Below, in pieces: positions 45,704-55,125 of a DNA stretch of 64,000 bases (positions are counted from its first letter, which is position 1; every line of letters starts with the position of its first letter). The stretch is from Candidatus Caldarchaeum sp. (lineage in GTDB: Archaea > Thermoproteota > Nitrososphaeria_A > Caldarchaeales > Caldarchaeaceae): NCBI GenBank assembly GCA_038844785.1, contig JAWBRA010000002.1, positions 4,237 to 68,236 on the forward strand, given 5' to 3'. Made by a program: the position numbers and the translations under genes. The notes under the pieces were generated by a model. The model was not told where the DNA came from and made no database searches. It saw only the letters and a program-made list of their open reading frames with translations.

Positions 45704-46129
45704 ATGTCTGAAACAGAGATCGCCCAAGCGTTGGAAGAGCTTCAGGTGCTTGAAAGAGTCGTTGCAGACCTTCAAGCAAGGCTTCTGACTGTACAGCGCT
45801 CCATCGTAGAGCATGAAGAGGCTGTTAAACTGATTGAGGAGATCAAAAAAGGTGGGGGGAAGATGAGGATTTTGGTTCCTCTAGGCGCTGGCGCATACGC
45901 AGAGGCCAGTTTCGAGTCGTTAGAGAAGGTCACCATAAGCCTTGGTGCAGGAGTGTACGCAGTCAAAGCCTTGGATGACACCCAGCAGCTTTTAACACGT
46001 AGAAGCCAGAGCCTTCAAGCTTTGTTCGACAGCCTTTCCAAAAGGGTTGGTGAGTATTCAGCAAGGGTTGAAGAGCTTAGACGCTTCCTCGGCAGAGCGC
46101 TCGCAGCCCAACGTCAGCAAGGTACCTAG
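45704..46129 (+). CDS. pfdA: prefoldin alpha subunit
   Basis: 141 aa. Coiled coil, beta hairpins (ILVPLGAGAY..V...LGAGVY), coiled coil. Confidence 0.8.
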   Translation: MSETEIAQALEELQVLERVVADLQARLLTVQRSIVEHEEAVKLIEEIKKGGGKMRILVPLGAGAYAEASFESLEKVTISLGAGVYAVKALDDTQQLLTRRSQSLQALFDSLSKRVGEYSARVEELRRFLGRALAAQRQQGT

Positions 46130-46131
46130 AA

Positions 46132-47040
46132 ATGTTGAAAGGTGTTGCGAAGGTTTTTTCAAGCGTAGTGGATAGAATCGTCTCTGCACGTCTACCAAGC
46201 GAAGAAGTTGAAAAAGCTTTGTCGGATTTCTACCTCCAGCTTGTTGCAGCAGACGTAGCTGTGGAGACAGCAGAGGCTATAGTCGAAGGGTTGCGGAAGA
46301 GCCTCAGCGAGGTTAAAGTCCCCCGCTTCTCAAACCAGAGAGAGATCATCATGCAGTATCTCAAGTCAACGGTAGAGTCTCTGGTAAAAACAGCCGATAT
46401 GGAGGAGATCTTCCGCCGTGTTGAGGAAAAAAAGAAGATGGGAAAACCTGTTGTAATGCTTTTTGTAGGACCGAACGGTTCTGGTAAAACGACGACTGTT
46501 GTGAAGGTTGCCAACTATTTGAGAAAAAGAGGTTACTCCGCAATACTTGCTTCATCCGATACTTTCAGGGCGGGGGCTATAGAGCAGCTGGAAACCTTGG
46601 GTGAGAGGGCTGGCTTTCTAGTTGTATCCCAGCAGTATGGTGCAGACCCCGCAGCCGTGGCTGTCGACGCCTTGAACAAAGCCATCTCCCTTAAGGTGAA
46701 TTTTGTCTTGATAGACACGGCTGGGAGAACCGAGGTTGACCGTGGGCTGCTTGAAGAGATGCGTAAGCTAAAACGTGTTGTGAAGCCTGACTTCGTGGTT
46801 TACACGGGAGATGCCTTGGCGGGAAACGCCGCCGTGAACCAGGCTAAAATGTTCGACGAAGTTGTTGGTGTAGACTATGTAATTCTTTCAAAGCTTGACG
46901 CCGACGCAAAAGGCGGCTCAGCCATCTCAATATCCCACGCCACAGGCAAGCCTCTTCTCTTCGTGGGGGTTGGACAGTCTATTGACGACCTAGATGACAA
47001 ACCGCGGACCAGGCTTCTTAAAAGCCTAGAGCTTGCTTAG
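46132..47040 (+). CDS. ftsY: signal recognition particle receptor FtsY
   Basis: 302 aa. NG domain with GPNGSGKTTT, DTAGR, SKLD. Confidence 0.92.
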   Translation: MLKGVAKVFSSVVDRIVSARLPSEEVEKALSDFYLQLVAADVAVETAEAIVEGLRKSLSEVKVPRFSNQREIIMQYLKSTVESLVKTADMEEIFRRVEEKKKMGKPVVMLFVGPNGSGKTTTVVKVANYLRKRGYSAILASSDTFRAGAIEQLETLGERAGFLVVSQQYGADPAAVAVDALNKAISLKVNFVLIDTAGRTEVDRGLLEEMRKLKRVVKPDFVVYTGDALAGNAAVNQAKMFDEVVGVDYVILSKLDADAKGGSAISISHATGKPLLFVGVGQSIDDLDDKPRTRLLKSLELA

Positions 47041-47068
47041 AAAGCTGACATAGAGTTTATCTAAGACT

Positions 47069-47707
47069 TTGCAGTCCAGAAACTGGATGGAAACCCTTAG
47101 ACAATTTTTTCTTGACAAAGAGCTCAAGGGCCCTTCGCCTGCCTTCACACCTATCCAACTATTGTACGTCATATTTTTGCTAGGCTCCTACACCGTGCTA
47201 GGGAGAAAAAGGCTCAAGAGTTATCTTGGAATCGGCGAGGGCTCGGTGAGAACGATGCTGGCGAGATTGATAGAGAAAGGGCTCGCCCTCTCCACCCAGA
47301 AGGGCTTGAGCCTAACTGACCAGGGTCGACAGCTATATGATTATCTAAGGAAATTTTTAACCCCTGTCACGACTGTGCCTTTCCAGATGCCGTGGCAGGC
47401 GGAGCATAACTACGGGTTGGTGGTTAAAGGTTTGGCTGAGAAAGTTTCAACAGGGGTTGAAGAAAGAGATGAAGCGATACGTAACGGTGCGTCTGCAGCG
47501 ATGATTCTGACCTACACGCTTGACGGGCTGCAAATGCCCCGGGTCGCCAACCTTACGGTTGAACAGCCTCGCTTCGCTCAGCAGGTCGTGGATTTCTTTA
47601 AGCCTTCGGTAAACGACGTAGTGATAATCGCAGGAGCCGATGAAGATGTGAAAGCCAGGTATGCTGCTTTAGCGGCTGCTGTAAAGCTTGTAGTCGGAAA
47701 AGCTTAA
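47069..47707 (+). CDS. hypothetical winged-helix-like protein (DUF4443-like, tentative)
   Basis: 212 aa. LGRKRLKSYLGIGEGSVRTMLARLIEKGL looks like a wHTH. Confidence 0.4.
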   Translation: MQSRNWMETLRQFFLDKELKGPSPAFTPIQLLYVIFLLGSYTVLGRKRLKSYLGIGEGSVRTMLARLIEKGLALSTQKGLSLTDQGRQLYDYLRKFLTPVTTVPFQMPWQAEHNYGLVVKGLAEKVSTGVEERDEAIRNGASAAMILTYTLDGLQMPRVANLTVEQPRFAQQVVDFFKPSVNDVVIIAGADEDVKARYAALAAAVKLVVGKA

Positions 47708-47732
47708 AAAAAGAATAAAAACAGATACAGCC

Positions 47733-49007
47733 ATGTCGCGGACCTCCCGCATAGCCGGCTTCTACCAGCTAAGCCTGGAGGAGAGATTGAAGTATCTGGC
47801 CGATTTCGCTACGCTGACGGAGGACGAGACAGATATAATTAAGTCAGGTAGGCTGGACCTGTTTACAGCCAGCAGAATGATAGAGAACGTCATCGGGATT
47901 TTTCCACTACCCTTGGGAATCGCCACTAACTTTCTGGTAAACGGTGTCGACTACCTTGTTCCTATGGCTGTGGAAGAGCCCTCTGTTGTTGCGGCGGCAT
48001 CCAACGCGGCAAAAATGGCCAGAGAAGGCGGAGGGATATATTCTTTCCAAGCCCAGCAGCTGATGATCGGGCAGGTTCAGCTGGTCAACGTAGCAAACCC
48101 GTACGCAGCTAAGATGGAAATCCTCAGAAACAGAGATGAGATAATCGCTGCAGCCAACGAGAAGGACCCTGTCCTAGTTAAACTGGGCGGGGGAGCTAAA
48201 GACGTGGAGTCCAGAGTCGTCGAGACAGATATAGGCCCTATGGTGGTGGTTCACCTGATCGTGGATGTGAGAGACGCGATGGGGGCTAACGCCGTCAACA
48301 CGATGTGTGAAGCGGTTGCACCAATGCTCGCGAGGCTGGCTGGCGGAAGCTTTAGGCTCAGGATTATTTCCAACCTAGCTGACAAACGGCTGGCTAGGGC
48401 ATACGCCCGCATACCAGCTGAATCAGTCGGCGGCAAGGATGTTGCCCGCGGCATCGTTGAAGCCTACCACTTCGCGAAAGCAGACCCATACCGTGCAGCA
48501 ACACACAACAAAGGCATAATGAACGGCATAGACGCCGTCGCTATCGCCACGGGAAATGACTGGAGAGCTTTGGAGGCTGGGGCACATGCCTACGCAGCAC
48601 GCAACGGCAGGTATGAGCCGTTGACAGTATGGGAGCAGATGCCGGACGGCGACCTTATGGGAACTATAGAGCTTCCGCTGGCTGTGGGAATAGTGGGCGG
48701 TGCCACTAGAACAAATCCGGTGGCGAAAATCTGTCTAAAAATACTCGGCGTCAAAACAGCCCGTGAGCTGGCTGAGGTGATGGCGGCGGTTGGTCTTGTT
48801 CAAAACCTAGCAGCTTTAAGAGCCTTAGCTGCTGAGGGAATACAAGCAGGACACATGTCACTCCATGCGAAAAACATCGCTGTAATGGCGGGGGCTGTGG
48901 GCGAGGAGATAGACCTTGTCGCCGAAGCCATGGTTAGAGAGAAAACAATCAGGGTTGACAGGGCTCAGGAAATTCTATCGGAGATCAGGTCCCGCCGCCG
49001 CGGCTGA
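47733..49007 (+). CDS. hmgA: HMG-CoA reductase, class II (bacterial-like) type
   Basis: 424 aa. ENVIG.FPLPLGIATNFLVNG.DYLVPMAVEEPSVVAAAS, DAMGANAVNT, ATGNDWRA, GHMSLHA. These are the class II motif forms, and there is no membrane anchor. Confidence 0.88.
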   Translation: MSRTSRIAGFYQLSLEERLKYLADFATLTEDETDIIKSGRLDLFTASRMIENVIGIFPLPLGIATNFLVNGVDYLVPMAVEEPSVVAAASNAAKMAREGGGIYSFQAQQLMIGQVQLVNVANPYAAKMEILRNRDEIIAAANEKDPVLVKLGGGAKDVESRVVETDIGPMVVVHLIVDVRDAMGANAVNTMCEAVAPMLARLAGGSFRLRIISNLADKRLARAYARIPAESVGGKDVARGIVEAYHFAKADPYRAATHNKGIMNGIDAVAIATGNDWRALEAGAHAYAARNGRYEPLTVWEQMPDGDLMGTIELPLAVGIVGGATRTNPVAKICLKILGVKTARELAEVMAAVGLVQNLAALRALAAEGIQAGHMSLHAKNIAVMAGAVGEEIDLVAEAMVREKTIRVDRAQEILSEIRSRRRG

Positions 49008-49338
49008 GAGCCCTTCTCCACCCTTCAGCGTTGAACCTTTTCTCCATCCTCTCCATCTCTTTTCTCAACGCCTCCTCAAGGTCAACGCCAAACCTGTTCG
49101 CCAGCTGCAGCAGAAGAGTGAGCGACTGGGCGAACTCGCTGCCTACGTCTTCTCCGGGCGGTGAGTGGCCAAGGTTGTCTCGCTTGTATCCCTCTTTAGC
49201 CAGTATGAAACGGCCTATTTCCGTCAGCTCCTCAATAAGGTGTGCGTATATCAAAGATTCTCGGAAACTCTCCCAGCCCCTTGCCTTCTCAAACTCATCC
49301 ACTATTTTTTGCAGTTCTTTAAGCCTCAAAGCGTTCAC
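48985..49338 (-). CDS. MazG-like nucleotide pyrophosphohydrolase
   Basis: LKELQKIVDEFEKARGW...L.EE..E....ILAKEG... pattern. The GTG at 49338, just after the upstream gene's stop, gives a typical length of about 117 aa. Confidence 0.65.
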   Translation of the reverse strand: MNALRLKELQKIVDEFEKARGWESFRESLIYAHLIEELTEIGRFILAKEGYKRDNLGHSPPGEDVGSEFAQSLTLLLQLANRFGVDLEEALRKEMERMEKRFNAEGWRRALSRGGGT

Positions 49339-49339
49339 C

Positions 49340-49621
49340 TCAGAGATAAAGCTGTAGATGCGGAATTCCGTCGACGTAGATGACTGAATCCATTCGTGCA
49401 AAACCGTGTTTGATGGCTGTGAAGACAGCCTTCTCACCAAGCAGGTTTATTATCGTACCCATCTTGATATATTCAACAACGTCCTTTTCAACCACAAGCA
49501 CGCCTTTGTAAAATGATTCGGCTACTTCAACGGAGGCCCCCGAGGACAGCTTCAGCTTCCGGCCGATTAGCTCCTCATCGCATACTGCGACGACTATCTC
49601 TCCGCTTCTCGAGTGATGCAT
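49340..49621 (-). CDS. DUF424-family protein
   Basis: VKMHHSRSGEIVVAVCDEELIG...G matches DUF424, commonly found next to aIF2-beta. The start is set at the internal ATG to avoid overlap. Confidence 0.6.
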   Translation of the reverse strand: MHHSRSGEIVVAVCDEELIGRKLKLSSGASVEVAESFYKGVLVVEKDVVEYIKMGTIINLLGEKAVFTAIKHGFARMDSVIYVDGIPHLQLYL

Positions 49622-49652
49622 CTTGACCCAGCATCTTTTAACACATTCGTTC

Positions 49653-50084
49653 CTATATTCTTCTGACAGGGTTCTTCGCCCCGCAAGCATCACATACCAA
49701 GAACCTGAACCTTTTCTCGCTTACTATCCTTGTGTCTATGCCGTTGCAAACAGGACATCTTACAAACTCTTTTATGTAGAGGTCAATGAGCCTCCTAGTC
49801 TCCTCTACGTTCATTTTTCCCTGAATGAGCAGCTTGTCGTCTGAAATAGAGCCTGCCCGCCCGGTTTCCTTCAGTAGAAAACGTGCGAAATGTGCTGACT
49901 CTCGGTTTAAGGTTTTGGCTATCTGGCCAAGGTTGGTCAAAATCGTGTTTTTCGAATCGTGCACTAGGTTGGGCTTCAGCTCCAACATCCTGTCTCCAGC
50001 GGCGGAGTTTTGCCTAGATACTTTCAACATTACGTTGTCCAACAGCTTCATGTAAAACTCTTTGCTCGCTATGTCGAGGGTCAC
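49653..50084 (-). CDS. eif2b: translation initiation factor 2 subunit beta (aIF2-beta)
   Basis: 143 aa. C-terminal Zn ribbon CPVCNGIDT...CDACGA. Confidence 0.9.
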   Translation of the reverse strand: MTLDIASKEFYMKLLDNVMLKVSRQNSAAGDRMLELKPNLVHDSKNTILTNLGQIAKTLNRESAHFARFLLKETGRAGSISDDKLLIQGKMNVEETRRLIDLYIKEFVRCPVCNGIDTRIVSEKRFRFLVCDACGAKNPVRRI

Positions 50085-50167
50085 TCCAAAACAAGCATGT
50101 CCCAGCGCTATTTAAGAGGATATCATTGCCGTGGAGATGTTTAAAACAGAGCTTGATAACACAGTTC

Positions 50168-51487
50168 ATGAACGGTTTGGCAGCACCATTTGTTAAAGAC
50201 GTTGGAATGGCTGAGCAGGGATTTAAGAAGATTGAGTTTGCCGAGGCCTCGATGCCTGTGCTGATCTTCTTAAGGAGAAAATATTCGACTGAAAAGCCTT
50301 TCGCCGGCCTTACCGTATCCGCATGTTTGCATGTTACGAAGGAGACCGCTGTTCTTGCGCGGACGTTGAGGGATGGAGGGGCTAAGGTGGTTTTATGCGC
50401 GTCGAACCCTCTAAGCACTCAGGATGAAGTGGCATCCGCTTTAGCTTCTGATGGTTTCAACGTCTATGCTTTCAGAGGGATGTCGGCACATCAATATTAT
50501 GAGGCTATAGGTATGGCTCTCTCGCACCGTCCCGACATGACGGTCGACGACGGAGCAGACCTTGTTACTTCACTCCATAAGATAGCCTTAGGCCTCAGAG
50601 ACGAAACAGTTGACATTGTGAAAAAGACAGCCGGCGACATAGGCTACCATATAGACAGAGTGATAGGGGGGACAGAAGAGACAACAACGGGAGTCAACAG
50701 GCTTAGAGCGATGGAGGCTGAAGGAGTTCTCAAGTACCCCATAATTGCCGTCAACGACGCATTGTCCAAGAGCTTGTTCGACAACCCTTTGGGAACGGGC
50801 CAGTCGGCGCTGGACGGAGTGATTAGGGCGACCAACATCCTTTTCGCTGGGAAGAACGTGGTGGTCTGCGGATACGGCCGCGTCGGGTCCGGCATAGCTG
50901 AGAGAGCGCGTGGACTGGGTGCCAGAGTGACTGTTGTAGAGCCCGACCCTATAAAAGCCCTGCAGGCCTACATGGCTGGATATACGGTAACCTCGATGGA
51001 TAAAGCGGCCGAGTATGGCGATGTATTCATAACATCTACCGGAAATATCGACGTCATTAGGGGCGAACACATGGTGAAGATGAAAGATGGAGCTATACTT
51101 GCCAACGCTGGACACATGGATGTCGAGATAAACAAACAAGACCTGAGAGAGTTGGCTGTTGCGGTCGATAAGGTGAAGGAAAACGTGGAAGTTTACAGGC
51201 TGAGGAACGGCAGGAAAATATACTTGCTCGCCGAAGGCAGGCTTGTAAACCTAGTCTGCGCAGAAGGGCATCCATCAGAGGTTATGGACCTGTCCTTCGC
51301 TCTACAGGCAGAGTCACTACGATACATAGTTGAAAACCACGAAAGGCTTGAGAGGAAAGTTTACAACGTTCCAACCGAGATAGACAGGATGGTGGCGCGC
51401 ATAAAACTGGAGACGCTTGGCGTAACGCTGGAGACGTTCACAGCTAAACAGCGGGAATACATGACGTCATGGCAGGCAGGGACTTGA
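50168..51487 (+). CDS. ahcY: adenosylhomocysteinase
   Basis: FVKDVGMAEQGFKKIEFAEASMPVL N-terminus and NAD site VCGYGRVGSG. The start is set at the ATG at 50168. Confidence 0.9.
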   Translation: MNGLAAPFVKDVGMAEQGFKKIEFAEASMPVLIFLRRKYSTEKPFAGLTVSACLHVTKETAVLARTLRDGGAKVVLCASNPLSTQDEVASALASDGFNVYAFRGMSAHQYYEAIGMALSHRPDMTVDDGADLVTSLHKIALGLRDETVDIVKKTAGDIGYHIDRVIGGTEETTTGVNRLRAMEAEGVLKYPIIAVNDALSKSLFDNPLGTGQSALDGVIRATNILFAGKNVVVCGYGRVGSGIAERARGLGARVTVVEPDPIKALQAYMAGYTVTSMDKAAEYGDVFITSTGNIDVIRGEHMVKMKDGAILANAGHMDVEINKQDLRELAVAVDKVKENVEVYRLRNGRKIYLLAEGRLVNLVCAEGHPSEVMDLSFALQAESLRYIVENHERLERKVYNVPTEIDRMVARIKLETLGVTLETFTAKQREYMTSWQAGT

Positions 51488-51924
51488 AGCAGGTCGGCCC
51501 CCGAATAGTTTTCATGAACGTCAAAGGCTCTACTGAGAAGATTGAAGTCAAACAAGTGGAGCTGCTTGACCAAAAGAGAGTTAGACATGTTTTTACGAAC
51601 GGGCAGCGAACCCTTAAAAAGCTGATGAAGTATTTGGACAACTACGACATATTGGTCACATGGGGCGGTGGCGAGAGGGATGTGCCGCTGCTTACGGCGT
51701 GGGCTCTTCACGTAGGCGTCGACCCATCGCCGCTTCATACTCTAACGCATCTCGACCTAAAGCATTTCGTGAAGCAATTCCTGTTGTTAAATGAGCCTGA
51801 GCTGGAGAAAACCGCAAAATTCCTAAGAATTAAGCCGAAGCCCGACAACCTAAGAACGTTGGAGGCGTTGTTTGAAAAGCTTAGACATCTCCTGAAAACT
51901 TTAAAGCCGGAGCTAGCTCTTTAG
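51469..51924 (+). CDS. hypothetical protein, possibly a degenerate RNase H-fold/exonuclease-like domain
   Basis: 151-aa ORF overlapping the ahcY end by 19 nt. No catalytic DEDD residues evident. Confidence 0.35.
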   Translation: MAGRDLKQVGPRIVFMNVKGSTEKIEVKQVELLDQKRVRHVFTNGQRTLKKLMKYLDNYDILVTWGGGERDVPLLTAWALHVGVDPSPLHTLTHLDLKHFVKQFLLLNEPELEKTAKFLRIKPKPDNLRTLEALFEKLRHLLKTLKPELAL

Positions 51925-52442
51925 TACCATCTGTCTTTAAGCCGTAGAAAATAGGCTGCGGCATTAGTCGCCATATGCATGAAAAAGGTTAATGCTAGGA
52001 GAGCCATAACCGTCAGGGCGTCGAGCCAACCGGGTAGGCCAACGGTGAAATGCACCAGAGCCAGCGCAGCGGCCAGAAACCCCAGCTGGTCGAGAAGCGG
52101 TGCAGGGCTTCCAGTACGCAGCCCAGCCCTCCGTTTGATGAAAGCCCCCGCTATATCGCCGAGCAAAGCACCCACGGCCAGCAGAAACGCTTCCGACACG
52201 CTTAGCAACCATGGAATAAAGTAACTTATCAAGAACCCTGCCACAAATCCTACGGCCGTTCCTGAGACAAACCCTTCAACTGTTTTGCCGTCGCCGAAAA
52301 TCCTTCTCCCATCGAAGAATACATGCCCGCCGTCTATGGGGTGAAGTTTCTTCAACATTTTAGAGACAACAACGGGGGTGGCGTTAGACACGTATGCGGG
52401 AAATATATAGGCCAATCCCTGCAGGAACGTCTGTAAATCCAT
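51921..52442 (-). CDS. carS: CDP-archaeol synthase (CarS, DUF46)
   Basis: 173 aa. AYVSNATPVV...HPIDGG..FFDGRRIFGDGKT.EG and five TM segments. Confidence 0.8.
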   Translation of the reverse strand: MDLQTFLQGLAYIFPAYVSNATPVVVSKMLKKLHPIDGGHVFFDGRRIFGDGKTVEGFVSGTAVGFVAGFLISYFIPWLLSVSEAFLLAVGALLGDIAGAFIKRRAGLRTGSPAPLLDQLGFLAAALALVHFTVGLPGWLDALTVMALLALTFFMHMATNAAAYFLRLKDRWY

Positions 52443-52499
52443 TCACAATACTGGTAAGCCGCTTGAATATAGATGTGAAAAACATCATTTATAGCGGGC

Positions 52500-53948
52500 G
52501 TGGACAAACGTCTGTACAAGGTAATGGTCGAACTGAAGCTTTACAGCTACGGGCCGAAGACAACAGTAAGCCATGGAGGGTTTGACGTCGAAATAGGGCC
52601 GGACATCTTCATAGCGGTAGAAGGGGTTGGAACGTTTGAAGGCGTTTCCGTGGAGAGAAGGGTCTCCAAAATGCTGGCCGAGGGAAAAGACCTCTACAAA
52701 AGCGCTCGGAAGATACATAGAGATTCGACGAGACGCGGGCATGCATCAATAACAACGTCTCTTCAGATACAGATGGAGGTCAGAGACTGTAGCAGGGCTC
52801 TTTCACTCCTGCTTGTAGCACCTCCATTCGGCTCCTACCTCCAAGAATCCCAGCGAAGAGCTAAGGTGGACAGGACCTCTTTCATAGATGTAAGGAATTT
52901 ATCAGGAGATTTAAAGAAGTTTTTCGAAGAAACTGTCGACGAGCTTTTCGAAGGATACAGCACGCTTGTTGAACAAGGCGTTGGCATTGAGGACGCTCGC
53001 TACATCCTGCCCCTCTGCACCAAAACATCACTGTTCATAAGCACAAGCCTTGAAAACTACATCCCATTAATACAGCTTTCCAGAAGCAGCGAAGCAATTC
53101 AGTATGTTCCGTTTGAGGTATCGGAGTTCGCTGAAAAATTCGAGAAGATGATAAGAGAGATCTCGCCTGTTTTGCTGGATGCACGTCTGGGCTTCGGAAA
53201 CCGTACAGCCACCTACCCATACCCAAACCCCTACAAGCCCGATGATGGCATCATGCAGTCCATAATCTCTAGAAACGGATACCCCGAAGAACCAGTCTTG
53301 CTAGATGTATCATCGCTGATAAAAAACGGAGCCGTGCTCGAAGAGGTTTTGGCTGCCCAGCAGAAAGAGGTGTTTGATACTGTGAACCCATTAGCCACCG
53401 CAACAGTTTTAGAGCCGATGTCGCTTGTAGCATACCATCAAGCAATACGGCACAGAACTGTACCAACAGCCGTTGAGTCAATCTACTCGCCGGCTGAAAG
53501 AGCTCTCAAAAACATCGAGGCAAACGTCATAGTCCCGCCTTCTGTGAAGAAAGATGAAAAATTAAGGTCTTTGTTTTACGGCTTAGCTTCTAAGGCTATA
53601 CGAGCATACGGGGAGCTTTTGAAGAGTGGCTGTAGACCCTCGACCGCAATACTCATCATGCCCCAAGCCCTAAGGCTGTACGTCGTCAGATTATACAATG
53701 GTTTCAACCTGTTACATCCCACGGGATTCATCGCAACTAGGACTTGTAAATACGCTCAATGGGAAGAGAGAGGCATAGCCTACAAAATTATGCATGACGT
53801 TGTCAAAGCCGCTCCAGCCCTTTCCACAGTCATGGGGGAGAAATGCCGCCATCTACGTTATTGTCCGGAGAAAGAATGGTGCCCCATAATACTAAAGTAC
53901 CACCAGTACTCGGACGAGTTGCACAAGAGGTACATGGAAAGTGGTTGA
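52500..53948 (+). CDS. tandem ThyX-like (Thy1-domain) protein
   Basis: 482 aa with two ThyX-like halves. The first keeps GHAS...SYLQESQRR but lacks RHR. The second keeps IRHR but has a degenerate serine/RY part. Both have AR/LP...N...L...R..AQWE-like segments. Confidence 0.5.
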   Translation: MDKRLYKVMVELKLYSYGPKTTVSHGGFDVEIGPDIFIAVEGVGTFEGVSVERRVSKMLAEGKDLYKSARKIHRDSTRRGHASITTSLQIQMEVRDCSRALSLLLVAPPFGSYLQESQRRAKVDRTSFIDVRNLSGDLKKFFEETVDELFEGYSTLVEQGVGIEDARYILPLCTKTSLFISTSLENYIPLIQLSRSSEAIQYVPFEVSEFAEKFEKMIREISPVLLDARLGFGNRTATYPYPNPYKPDDGIMQSIISRNGYPEEPVLLDVSSLIKNGAVLEEVLAAQQKEVFDTVNPLATATVLEPMSLVAYHQAIRHRTVPTAVESIYSPAERALKNIEANVIVPPSVKKDEKLRSLFYGLASKAIRAYGELLKSGCRPSTAILIMPQALRLYVVRLYNGFNLLHPTGFIATRTCKYAQWEERGIAYKIMHDVVKAAPALSTVMGEKCRHLRYCPEKEWCPIILKYHQYSDELHKRYMESG

Positions 53949-54423
53949 ACATACTTCTGCGAAAAAGCTTAAAGTCATCGAGGTCGGAGGCCCAAGCCTC
54001 AGCTTCGACTACGCCCACTTCCTACCGTCGTCACCAAAATGCGGCGTGCTCCACGGCCACACATCCATCGTCAACGTCAGGGTTTGGGGTGAAACGGTCG
54101 GCGACATGGTTTTCGAGTTCAGCGAGCTAAAGAGGGTTGTCAAAAGCGTGATAGATGCAATGGACCATAAGCTGATAGTGGCCTCGCGCTATATCGTGGC
54201 TGATGAGAGGGGTTTTGCTAAAATAGTTTTTGACGGTGTTGGCGGAAGATACGAGCTTAAGCTGCCTAAAACCTCGGTCTACGTCATAGAGCACGACTCA
54301 ACCGTGGAAAACATCTCTGAACATATCGCGGAAAAGCTGAAAAAGCTGATGCCGTCGAACATCGCAAAAATCTCCGTCCGTATGACAGAGGGGTTGGGTA
54401 AGTCAGCCACCGCCACAACATGA
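53941..54423 (+). CDS. queD: 6-carboxy-5,6,7,8-tetrahydropterin synthase (QueD/PTPS family)
   Basis: FDYAHFLP...CGVLHGH motif. 160 aa. Confidence 0.8.
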   Translation: MVEHTSAKKLKVIEVGGPSLSFDYAHFLPSSPKCGVLHGHTSIVNVRVWGETVGDMVFEFSELKRVVKSVIDAMDHKLIVASRYIVADERGFAKIVFDGVGGRYELKLPKTSVYVIEHDSTVENISEHIAEKLKKLMPSNIAKISVRMTEGLGKSATATT

Positions 54424-55070
54424 AAACAGTAGCGCTTTTGTCAGGTGGAATAGACTCAACCGTTATGGCCTGGAAACTACGTATAGAAGGACACACGATA
54501 ATTCCGCTAACTTTCTTAACATACCGTAGAAACCTGCGTGAGGTTGAGGCCGTAAAGAAAATAGCTTCGATGGTTTCACAGCATCCGTTAAAGATTGTTG
54601 ACGTAGGTTTCTTGAGAGAAGTTGTGGACCTTCCCCAAAATGTTAAAGATAAAATCTTACATGCAGCAGGCGACCTTCCAACCATCCTCATACCCTACAG
54701 GAATATCATATTTTACTCCGTGGCAGCACACGTAGCCTGTCTGGAGGATGCAAGCCAGGTAGCTGGCGGACACACTCTCGAAGACGTTGGAAGAATCCCT
54801 GACGTTGGCCAGGGTTTCTTCAAAGAGCTGGAAAACCTTCTCCAAACATCAATGCCCTACTCAGACGTGCGGATTTTAACACCCTTAATAGGGCTTAGGA
54901 AAGTCGATGTTTTGAGGCTGGGCGTTGAGCTGGGCGCTCCGCTAAACATTACATGGAGCTGTTGGGGCGTGTTGGAGAGACATTGTGGAAAGTGTCCAGG
55001 CTGTCTGGCTAGAAGAGAGGCGTTTAAGCTGGCTGGAGTACCTGACGAAACAGACTACGCTGAGGTATAG
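54420..55070 (+). CDS. queC: 7-cyano-7-deazaguanine synthase
   Basis: PP-loop LLSGGIDST and C-terminal Zn cluster CW...CGKCPGC..R. Confidence 0.88.
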   Translation: MKTVALLSGGIDSTVMAWKLRIEGHTIIPLTFLTYRRNLREVEAVKKIASMVSQHPLKIVDVGFLREVVDLPQNVKDKILHAAGDLPTILIPYRNIIFYSVAAHVACLEDASQVAGGHTLEDVGRIPDVGQGFFKELENLLQTSMPYSDVRILTPLIGLRKVDVLRLGVELGAPLNITWSCWGVLERHCGKCPGCLARREAFKLAGVPDETDYAEV

Positions 55071-55125
55071 TTCTTTAGGCTGGTTCATAAGGTCTTGGAG
55101 GGGGTGGCTGCGGCTGGTTAAGATT

